DNA of 64,000 bases from Macrostomum lignano (lineage: Eukaryota): assembly GCA_002269645.1 (NCBI GenBank), contig NIVC01003416.1, positions 34,982 to 98,981 of the forward strand, read 5' to 3'. The notes under the pieces were generated by a model that saw nothing but the letters and a program-made list of their open reading frames with translations, made no database searches and was not told the DNA's origin. The stretch's first letter is position 1, and the number at the start of each line of letters is the position of its first letter. The position numbers were made by a program, and so were the translations under genes. Of this stretch, positions 25,364 through 35,648 are shown piece after piece.

Positions 25364-26884
25364 TTCAGGTATTTTGTGACAGTCAGCCAGCCTGCTGAGA
25401 ATGTTTATGGCCAAAATACCATTGGTTCATTGCAATTCCGCTTCACGCATTTCAAGTCGGCTAAGACTGATGTCGGTGCTCTATCGACTATGGTAAATCC
25501 TCACTTGTGCTGTGCTAACCACAGATTCTATATACTCCTAGATGAGCCACTCCAGCTTCCAGCGCGAAAACCCCCGAGGTTAAGACCATAGACTGTAGCT
25601 TGTGCTGCTCTCAAGCATTAGCATTAGCAGCAAGTGTCTGTGGCCCTAACCCCAATGTTTTCAAGGCCGTTAACTAGCTGGCTAAATGTTTACTGCCAGG
25701 CAGGCAGGCGGGCACCCTGGTGCATCAACCCACAACCAGCGCTGAGGCAATTCTGCTCATCCGCTGACTCCTGAGCAAATACAAGAGCGCCAATAGTGTA
25801 CGAAGGCACGCACTCATACCACACGCTCACACAGGGTGTACAGCAGCCCGGACTTTCTAATGTACATTGTCATGTACAATGTCTAATGTCATGTACATTC
25901 TCTGTGGCTTGGGTGTTGGCCCTCAGGATATAGATACAATTTTTTCAAATGCTCACCAGTCTGAAGCTCAATAGAGGCAAGAGGGAATGGGTCTTTATTG
26001 ATGTGATAGCCTGCTATTTCGCCATCAGAAATGGTAAACACAGATGCAGGTGGTTCTAAAATAATTCATTTGAATAATTTGCATTAACTGTGCTTATTTA
26101 TAGCTTTACAATTATTTTATGACTGTGAACAAATTGACAAAAATGCTTACGTCCTGGCTCTGCTGTTGCATGGGAATTAGGAAATGTGTTGTTATTGCTA
26201 CTGTCAGTATTAAGCACATACTTTTTAGGCATTTTGTTTCTTCAAGTTGAGTTTATATATCAAGCTAAAATGATACATAATTAAAGAATAGATTTATAGA
26301 TAAGCAAAGACAAATGCCTTGGTTTATAAATATCTTAACTTGCAGGTCCTAAATAAAAACGAAATTTCTATCAAACAATTTGTTTCATTGAAATGGCCTT
26401 TAAGACTTAAATTAAGCTCAGTTGTGACCCAAAACAAAGTAAAAAAACCTTTAAATCATTGCCATTTTTCTAAACATCAAATTATTAAAAAAAGTTATCA
26501 GTTTTGCAGTATACCCTTGGTCTATAACAATTTAGATCGGCTAGATTGGCTAGGTAAGCTAATAGTTGCATATGTACTAGTATAGTTATTTATCTATCCA
26601 ATATTAATATTTATTATTTAGTTATTAGAGGTTGGATGGGATTGAAATCTTCGGGTGGGATTGGGATCGGGAATAATTTTTTTCTTGGGATCGGGATTGG
26701 GGAATTGGGATCAGGTCTTAGTGTATTGTAGCTTGTAGTTCCATATAAAGTTAAACAAATTTGAGCTAAAAATTTCAAGATCAAAAAGTAGAATACGACA
26801 AAATTGATGCAAAGTTTTATAACCAACAAATTAATAATGTAATGAGTACGAGGTAAAACAAAATACATTCAAGTAATCACATAT

Positions 26885-27985
26885 GTTTGACATGGTGGCT
26901 CTTTAATGTTTGACATGGTGGCTCTTTTATGTTTGACATAGTGGCTCTTTAATGTTTGACATGGTGGCTCTTTTATGCTTGACATGGTGGCTCTTTACTG
27001 TTTGACATGGAGCCACATATATGTTCGACATGGTGGCTCTTTTATGTTTGACATGGTTGCTCTTTAATGTTTGACATGATGGCTCTTTTATGCTTGACAT
27101 GGTGGCTCTTTTATGTTTGACATGATGGCTCTTTAATGTTTGACGTGGTGGCTCTTTTATGTTTGACATGGTGACTCGTTAATGTTAGACATGGTGGCTC
27201 TTTAATGTTTGACCTGGTGGCACCCTAATGTAATGATGGCTCTTTGATGTTTGAAATGGTGGCTCTTTTATATTTGACATGGTGGCTCTTTAATGTTTGA
27301 CATGGTGGCTCTTAAATGTTCGACATGGTGGCTCTATAATGTTAGACATGGTGGCTCTTTAATGTTCGACATGGTGGCTCTTTAATGTTAGACATGGTGG
27401 CTGTTTAATTTTTGACATGGTGGCTCTTTAATGTTAGACATGGTGGCTGTTTAATTTTTGACATGGTGGCTCTTTAATGTTTTACATGTTGGTCCTTTTA
27501 TGTTTGACATGGTGGCTCTTTAATGTTTGACATGGTGGCTCTTTTATGTTTGACATGATGCATACATGCGCAACCTTGGGAATCACTCGGCCGTTTCTAT
27601 TGGCATTCTACTGCTCATGGTGGCTGAGAGCAGTCACGTGACTACTATTCCGTCCAATAGCGACTTACATGTGTGTGTTGCCAATAGAAACGGCCGGGTG
27701 AATCCCTAGGTTGCGCCCAAGCATGACATGATGGCTCTTTAATGTTCTACATGGTGGCTTTTTTATTTTCGACATGGTGGCTCTTTAATGTTTGGCATGA
27801 TGGCTCTTTGATGTTTGACATGGAGTCACGAATATACTTGACATGGTGACTCGTTAATGTTTGACATGGTGGCTCTTTAATGTTAAACATGGTGGCTCTT
27901 TAATGTTAAACATGGTGGCTCTTTAATGTTAGACATGGAGTCACGTATATGTTCGACATGGTGGCTCTTTAATGTTTGACATTGT
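26885..27985. repeat. 23-bp minisatellite (GACATGGTGGCTCTTTAATGTTT), interrupted by a MITE
   Basis: About 40 copies. Confidence 0.95.
27561..27725. mobile_element. Palindromic hAT-type MITE, copy 1 (165 bp)
   Basis: Starts CATACATGCGCAAC and ends GTTGCGCCCAAGCATG. Perfect 8-bp TSD ACATGATG (27553-27560 / 27726-27733). A second copy lies at 55222. Confidence 0.85.
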
Positions 27986-28042
27986 GCTTTTTTGTGTTTA
28001 GCATTTTGTGTTTTTAAGGTGTTTTAATAAAAAAATCTTTTT

Positions 28043-28113
28043 GCACTACTAAGATTCGAACCCAGATCGCTGCATTAGCAGTCCAGTCTGTTCGCATCTA
28101 TGCTATCTCTTGT
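28043..28113 (-). pseudogene. tRNA-derived relic (Ser-GCT-like anticodon arm; tRNA pseudogene or SINE head)
   Basis: The minus strand has GGACTGCTAAT and a B-box GGGTTCGAATC followed by a T-run. The A-box and acceptor stem are degenerate. Confidence 0.4.
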
Positions 28114-29395
28114 CAATTGGAGAACATGAATTGTGGCCCTTATAATTCAATTCTTACAGCAAGTCGGTTGGAGTAAAAAGTTATGACATAATCAATTTCT
28201 CAGTCAGCCTGTATCAGTCTCAATTTAAGTTAGCAATATTGTTACGCAATTTCAATCAAGTTGTGTGTGCATTTCTTTGGCACTGTTTTCAACTTGTTGT
28301 GATGCAATCTTTATCAGAATTGAAATTCAGTCAGTCAGGTTTTTATCTAGCATTATTACAATGCATTTCAAGTCAAAAATTTGGCTTGACCTTTGCAAAA
28401 AAAGAATGTTTTTCGAATATTTAATCTCTTTAGAATCGAGCAATTTCTTAGCCAAGATGCATGTACTGTCCCAGGAAAATTTCTGATCGAATGGTGCAAG
28501 TTTGAAGAAAATCGGTTGAGCCATTTTTTCTGAAATCTATCGCATAGCTATAGACAACTCATTTTTAGTATATGGGAGAAAAAACTAGAGCGTTATGGAC
28601 AAACATACAAACCTTAGAGATTTAGTATATTTAGATGTAGACCAATCAGTGTGCATTTGAATAATACTATTTCTCACATGGGAGGCTAGTTGTGTAACTA
28701 GCAGTTTTGTTTAGAGAGAAATGGTTCATTAGATCAAGATAGATACTTTTCAACATCCATGGCTATATGCCTAGCCTCCTAAATTTTATTTTGCTAATAG
28801 AATAGTTTTATATAAGTCTGTCTTTTAGCTTCCTAAATATATATTTTAATTTATATTATATAGATTTCTTCCTGTTTTACTCATATTATATTTTCTTGTT
28901 ATTTATTTATTAAAGTTTTGTTGGCACAAAGGTGGCATATAGATCATCCCAAAAATATTCCAGTAGACACTATACCACACGGCTACCTTCCTGACTATGG
29001 GCTACATTGGCTCATTCCTAGATATTTTGTCAACTTACAGATTTGTCATTCATATGAAAAACTATTGTCTAGGGCCTCAGAGGGTTGACAAAATGACCAG
29101 AACTTGTGAACACTTTATTATCTCTATCATTTATAGCTTCTCAAATAGAAAGATGGGAAACCTCAGTTCTTAGAAAACTCTAGAAGGCAGGTTTTTACCA
29201 AAAATATACTATAAACAGGAAGCTTTCATTTTGGGACAATAGGAGGCAGACCTAATGTTTATCTTTTGATGTCTTATCTTTCTTGTCTTTTAGAAGAATC
29301 TAGAACTCTACTTATTGTTAGACCTCTTGCACAAGGGAGCCTCAGCTAGTTTTAGTCTATACTGCCTTTAGTATGTAAGCAAGCTGCTCAAAAAT

Positions 29396-30895
29396 GGGAG
29401 TACGACGTTTGCTTGCGGGAAGTTTGCTTGCCAAACTTTGCTTGCAGGAATTTTGCTTGTCGAACTTTGCTTGCTGAACTTTGCTTGTGGAATTTTGCTT
29501 GCCGAAGTTTGCTTGCCGAAGTTTGCTTGTGGAATTTTGCTTGCCGAGGTTTGCTTGCCAGACTTTGCTTGCAGAATTTTGCTTGCCGAACTTTGCTTGC
29601 CAAACTTTGCTTGCCGAACTTTGCTTGCCGAACTTTGCTTGTCGAATTTTGCCTACCGAAGTCAGCTTGCCGAAGTTTGCTTGCGGAATTTTGCTTGCCG
29701 AAGTTTGCTTGCCGAAGTTTGCTTGCGGAATTTTGCTTGCCGAGGTTTGCTTGCCAGACTTTGCTTGCAGAATTTTGCTTGCCGAACTTTGCTTGCCAAA
29801 CTTTGCTTGCCGAACTTTGCTTGCCGAACTTTGCTTGTCGAATTTTGCCTACCGAAGTCAGCTTGCCGAAGTTTGCTTGCGGAATTTTGCTTGCCGAAGT
29901 CTGCTTGCCGAACTTTGCTTGCAGGAAATTTGCTTGCAGGAATTTTGCTTGCCGAGGTTTGCTTGCCAAAGTTTGCTTGCGGAATTTTGCTTGCCGAAGT
30001 TTGCTTGCAGAATTTTGATGTCTGCTTCCTAAAAATTTGCAATCACAATTGCAAGGTTTTAACTTGCCAAATTATTTTCTTGTTTGCTTGCTTGCTTGTT
30101 TGATGGCTTGTAAAGTTGGTCAGTCAATTATTACATACTACAGTTGCTTTGCAAGTGGATTCTTATCAGCGTCGACATAAACTGACTTGATACTAAGCTT
30201 TCAAACTAGGTGTATAGAGTTTCATTCTAAGAATTAGTATATACGACTCGTATAATGATTAGAGATTCAATATAGGTAGTTAGGGATCAGTAATAGTGTA
30301 AATCTTTTTAGTTCCTGATTTCAGCACTGAGCAGGATGATAATTGTAGTGATGCTAATGAATGCATATACTAATATTAATTGTATAAAAATGTAAACAAA
30401 CTTGGACTAGCGGATTTGCACGAGTACTAGTAGTAGTGTACTTGTCACCGAGGAACGAAAGCTAAAATAGAACCCAAAGTTCCGTGGAGGTAACGAGTGT
30501 TACATTATTATACAAATTATTATAAAATCGAAATTAAAGCAAAATTCGGCAAGCAAAGTTTGGCAGGCAAAATTCCGCAAGCAAACTTCGGCAAGCTTAT
30601 GTGCAGCAAGCAAATTTCCTGCAAGCAAAATTCGGCAAGCAAACTTCGGCAAGCAAAGTTCGACAAGCAAAGCTCAGCAAGCAAACTTCGACAAGCAAAA
30701 TTCCGCAAGCAAAGTTTGGCAAGCAAAATTCGGCAAGCAAAATTCCGCAAGCAAAGTTTGGCAAGCAAACTTCGGCAAGCAAAATTCCGCAAGCAAACTT
30801 CGGCAAGCAAACTTCGGCAAGCAAAATTCCGCAAGCAAAAGTCCCGCAAGCAAACTTTGGCAAGCAAACTTCTCGCAAGCAAATTTCATAGACCC
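29396..30895. mobile_element. Foldback (MULE/FB-like) non-autonomous DNA transposon with TIRs made of ~14-bp tandem repeats
   Basis: The left (TTTGCTTGCCGAAG)n and right (CTTCGGCAAGCAAA)n arrays are inverted. The termini GGGAGTACGACGTTT and GGGTCTATGAAATTT (reverse complement) align. Perfect TSD TCAAAAAT at 29388-29395 and 30896-30903. Confidence 0.8.
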
Positions 30896-31418
30896 TCAAA
30901 AATACTACAAAATCTTAAGAACAATAATACAAATTGCATTATTAGTAGCTTTAAGAGTTGATAGAATGCAACTAGATTAGATATTAAGCCAGTAAGCTCT
31001 CTGTGCATAGCTTTCTATTTAGTTGCAGCCAACTAGGCTATATCTCCTATTTTAGTAGGCAAGCAAGGTAAATAAGGTAAGGAACTTATTTAATCACCAT
31101 TCTTTTTATATATTTCTCTTTGTTTATACTTATATGTAACCAATTAATGATTATTAAAAAAACAAAAATAGTTTTCTTGTACTCTTCCTTTTTCTCTATC
31201 TCCTTTTTACATCTTTTGCATATTTGTGCCTTTGTGCTTTTGGGTCTTGGTACCTTTTAATTTATCCTTGAATTTTCTTTCAAAACTGCATTTTTTATTT
31301 TATAATATAACAATCTTTGTGATTATAGTCATAACTCTATTAAGGTAAGGTAGCATGCTTTAGCAGGCAGAGAAATACAAAAGTCAAAATCAACATAGAT
31401 TATAACAAATTCTTTCTT

Positions 31419-31455
31419 CCGACGCGTTTTGGTCCAACAATGACCATCTTCAGGG
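31419..31455 (-). ncRNA. Inverted copy of the hammerhead motif with GAAA mutated to AAAA (predicted inactive)
   Basis: The plus strand reads GACGCGTTTTGGTCC rather than GACGCGTTTCGGTCC (position 31430). Confidence 0.6.
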
Positions 31456-31524
31456 TCTGGTGTATTTTTAACTCACACAACAACTTTATAAGTGAACAAA
31501 TGTTAACTGTACAGTCCAAAGGGC

Positions 31525-32409
31525 ATGTCATGGGCAGAATTTTCCAAAATGTTAAGCATAGATTGCAAGTACATTGTCACGGTTGAAGTTGGTGACAAGA
31601 AACTCCCTTTCCTTGATGTTGACATTGACATCCACTGTAATTCGGTTTCCACTAAAGTTTACCGCAAGCCCACTTTCACGAACTTGATGCTTAATTTTGG
31701 AGCTGTGTGTCCCAGACAGTGGAAAGTTGGCCTGATTCGTTGTTTGTTGCACAGGGCCTACACGGTTTGCAGCTCCTGGACCAATTTCAACATTGAAATT
31801 AACAATCTCACCAAAATTCTGAGAATGAATCAATTTCCCAAGAATGTCATTTGCAGTGAAATCAATAGTTTCATCTCTAAAAAAATGACAAACAAACCGA
31901 GTTTTGCTTCTGATAAGGATGTGTTAAAAACTTGCCCAACCATGGTCCTGCCTTTCTATGGCAACTGTTCTAACCTGTTGAAGAAGAAAATTGAGAAAAG
32001 CTTCCATAAATTCTTTAACACGCCTATTAAGATTGTTTTCCGCACTGCTAAGGTTGGCCAATACGTTAGTAGACTGAAATCCCATGTTCCTCTTGCTCTG
32101 GCGGCAGGTGTTGTGTATAAGTTCTCTTGTTCTGTTGACCAGAACATTACCTATATAGGTAAAACTAAAAGGCACCTGTACACCAGAGTCAGAAAGCATT
32201 GGTTAAAAAGGTCGGCTATCCAAGACCACCTGCTCTGTTGCAACAGTTGTTGCGAAATTGAGCAAACTCAGCAGTTTAAAATTATTGATTGGTGTAGAAC
32301 TGATTTTAGGCTCAACATACTTGAATCCATGTACATTAAAGACCAAAAACCTAATCTGAATATTCAGCTCTCCCATAGTGGTGCGGGCCATTTGCTCAAG
32401 GTATTCTAA
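31525..32409 (+). CDS. Penelope-like RT C-terminus plus GIY-YIG endonuclease (truncated, uninterrupted ORF)
   Basis: LPFLDV, TKVYRKPTFT, LLHRAYTVCS, GVVYKFSC, YIGKTKR, SAIQDH, ILESMYIK, PNLN. Confidence 0.88.
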   Translation: MSWAEFSKMLSIDCKYIVTVEVGDKKLPFLDVDIDIHCNSVSTKVYRKPTFTNLMLNFGAVCPRQWKVGLIRCLLHRAYTVCSSWTNFNIEINNLTKILRMNQFPKNVICSEINSFISKKMTNKPSFASDKDVLKTCPTMVLPFYGNCSNLLKKKIEKSFHKFFNTPIKIVFRTAKVGQYVSRLKSHVPLALAAGVVYKFSCSVDQNITYIGKTKRHLYTRVRKHWLKRSAIQDHLLCCNSCCEIEQTQQFKIIDWCRTDFRLNILESMYIKDQKPNLNIQLSHSGAGHLLKVF

Positions 32410-32549
32410 GTAAAGGCACTAGTCTGAACTATGTACTTGCAATCTATGCTTAACATTTTGGAAAATTCTGCCCATGACATGCCCTTTGGACTGTACAGTT
32501 AACATTTGTTCACTTATAAAGTTGTTGTGTGAGTTAAAAATACACCAGA

Positions 32550-32586
32550 CCCTGAAGATGGTCATTGTTGGACCGAAACGCGTCGG
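32550..32586 (+). ncRNA. Minimal type I hammerhead ribozyme motif in the pLTR
   Basis: CC-CTGAAGA-T-GGTC(ATTGTTG)GACC-GAAA-CGCGT-C-GG: core boxes, a 4-bp helix II, palindromic ACGCGT and a GTC cleavage triplet. There is an extra T after A9, and helix I is only 2 bp. Confidence 0.7.
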
Positions 32587-33379
32587 AAGAAAGAATCTAT
32601 TATAATCTATGTTGATTTCAACCTTTGTATAACTCTATTATCATCTGCTCCCAAGTTTAGAATGAGAAAAAAGGAGGGAAAGTTATGTTTCAAAGCCTTG
32701 AAGTCTTACAGTTTGCTTCAGTTTTTAAATATACTTGTATGCAACAGCATCTGTAAATTGAGTCTACAAAAGCTTTTTTATTAGTAGATAACAAACTAAC
32801 CAAACTTGAAAGAAAGCCAATGCCAATTGACTAGATAATAATGTTTCACCGTAGCCATAGCTACAGATATGGGATCCTATGGCAAATATCATAAAAATAG
32901 GTGCCTACAGCAGCTATAGATATGCCTATGGTAGCTAGCTGCTCTTACGGCTATAACTACGGAAATATGGTAGTTGCTGTCACATTCTGTAGATTCTCAT
33001 AGCCATAGTTATTGATATAAAAAATTGAAAAAAAAATATTAAAAACAGGTAGAGTAAATCTAAATCAAAGATACTTTAGTAAACTAAATTATCAACTTAG
33101 AAACTTATACAAATTTTAGAATATACTTAATTTGCAGTTGCTTAAGCACTAGGTTATTTTCTTGATTAAAAATATTTTGTTTTCTAGACTTTTTGTTAAA
33201 ACTATGGCTACAGCTATGAGAACTATAGGAATATAATAATATTGGGTTCCCTATGGCTATGGAATATGGAGAATTGGAATTCTCTTATAAGCCATCTTAT
33301 AAGCCATAGTTTTGCTTACAGCTATGGCTATGGCACATGGACCCTCCTTACAACAGAACACTACTGGATAACAAAGTGT

Positions 33380-34110
33380 CCTATCTTCAAAGGTGTTTTG
33401 TGGGTATATCTTCTGCCACATGAATTCCTCAAGATATGACTCAAAGAGGGCTGGCTTGTACCATGCATAGCTTGGAACTTTGCCTTACAATGCACCCATG
33501 TCCCTTTGATAAGGTTTGTGTGCACAGTTGGGTCTTGAGGATTGACAAACAAGAGCTGGTGGTTAACAACAGCATGATTCTAGAGCTAGGCTAGGCATAT
33601 GCTTGTCATCTATCAGTAATCACATGTATACCAGGGAGAGTATGGCATTGAATCAAAGGTAGCAGCATTGCAGCAGTGTGGTTAGGAACAGCAATCATCA
33701 CACACTTCTTGGCACCACATTCAACCATGTTTAGTACCTCCAGGCCAGTGGGTACCTTGGTAATACTTTCAGTGAAAGAAATAGGATTCGTCTATCTCTA
33801 AATCTCTACCAAGACCACCTAGTTCGACTGGATAGTCAATCAGGTACTGAGAACAGATGTCCTTGATGAAGTTTTGCCAGTCAACAATAGCATTATGACC
33901 AATATTGCATTATTGTTGACACTCACCCTGCTTTGCTTCTATAGGCCTAGCCTAGGCCTACCACCAAATGAGATCTAGCAGCTGCTGTAGCATAAGATAA
34001 CTAGCTTAAAAAATGAGCCTTTCTGAATTGACACCTGGGTATGACAGCTGGTGCATATGGGTACAATCACCCATACACCATTGTAATCGCATTTTTGCCC
34101 CATGCATTGT
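33380..34110 (-). pseudogene. Merlin-superfamily (IS1595/ISXO2-like) transposase relic
   Basis: Manual translation gives CTSC..VSIQKGSFF, IVDWQNFIKDIC, ELGGLGRDLEIDESYFFH*KY, KKCVMIAVPNHTAAMLLPLIQ, VNHQLLFVNP..VHTNLIKGTW and YLEEFMWQ. Stops and frameshifts are present; TIRs were not located. Confidence 0.85.
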
Positions 34111-35648
34111 GCCTGTCTCAGCCTAGGGCCTATCTTTCCTTGCCAGCTTGCATGCATTTTTTAATACTTTAATTAGCCCCCTTTCTTGCAATCTCTGCAA
34201 CTTCTTGTTTTCTTTTTGCTTTATTTACCTTTTACTCTTCCAAATGCTTTCCAAATAGTTTTTTCAAATGCTTTTCAAATATATTCGTGTCTCCTAAGTT
34301 GCCTATACAGGGCGGTAGGATGTTTAGCTCATGCTATCCAATTGTTGCCTTTCTTCTCTCCCTCTGGCCATTCTGCTAAGTACTGTTCGTGTTCAAACGA
34401 AAAATTAATTTAACAAACAAAAGAGGAAAATTGGCGTTGCCAGAAATTCCACCTGATTAAAAAATGTTTCTGCTTATACTTATAGTAGCCTAGTTCTAGT
34501 CTGGTAGTGAAACATGCGATGTTAACAGTAAATCCTGGTTATAGAGTATAATAAGCTGAAATTAACGTTGAAATATTTTACGAATGTAGGCCTAGGCTTA
34601 ACACAACAGACAACACTAAACAGCAAACAGGTGTATTATTAGGCACAGCACAGGCAGCAGCTGAGCAGCTGAACACAAGATTACAAGACTTCTACGGAAC
34701 TGAGTCTTAAAAAAAGTAGTAGTATCGTAGTAAAATAGGAAGTAAGATAAAAGTATAAAACACGCTTAGACAATATTAAGTGTAGATATAGAGAGCTCCT
34801 TGCACTTCCGACCTTACTAGACTAGAGTATAGCTAGAACTTTTGTAAGAAATTGAATTTAAAATTGCGCCAAACTGGAAATAGACTGCTGGCTGAAGCTT
34901 TATAACACATTTTAAATACCTATTTTTTATATTGACTCTAAAGGCTCATTTACATTGCCGTCAAATGAGCCACTAAATTATACGACCAATGTACAGAGGA
35001 ATCAAATTTGATATACAAGTTGTGCGATAGTCCAAAATTTGTTATTTGGTCTCTTGTTTACTGTGAGTAGCTGAGTTGTTTACTGTGAGTAGCTGAGTTG
35101 TGAGTGTGACGACGTGTGAGCAAGCCTTTACTGAGTTTGTTGTAGTTTGTTTGATTTTGAAGCATATTTGGACATGTTTAGGTACAAATTTTTTTTACAA
35201 AAATCGCCTATGATTGAGAGCAATCCTTATACTCAATATTTGTTATATTGACAGAACTATTTTTAAATACCTTTTTTGAATCCTATTTTAAATTTAAATC
35301 GCATTTTAAAAGAATCGTTATTGCTGCACATCAATTTCATACGGTATAAAGGGGTAAAACACTACCCGAAAAATGGGGTAACAGGCTACCCGATGATTTT
35401 AGGCGTCTACCCGCTTCAAATCGTCCAGAAAATGCGCCTAACCTATGCAGCTTCTAGTGTGGAATTTTTTTAGGTGAAAAACTGAAAGATTATGATGAAA
35501 TTCACGTTTATTTTTGTTGGTAGTGTTTTACTCCAAAAAGCTACCCAAAACTACCCGACCCCTACCCCCGTCATTGGGAATCGAAAATCAATAGCTAAGC
35601 TTACTTTTACATCTTCTGCCATAATGTATAATATCAAGTCGTTTTAAC

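Larger units (their letters stand above)
31343..32628 (+). mobile_element. 5'-truncated Penelope-like retroelement with an inverted pLTR copy at its 5' end
   Basis: 31375-31574 is the reverse complement of 32431-32630. The direct repeat ATAACTCTATTA flanks both ends (31331-31342, 32629-32640). The internal ORF encodes an RT thumb plus GIY-YIG. Confidence 0.9.

Noticed and set aside
28130-28635. Possible Helentron/HINE-like non-autonomous element
   Set aside because: Only loose resemblance (GGACAAACATACAAAC..TATATTTAGAT). No subterminal repeat or target site could be defined.
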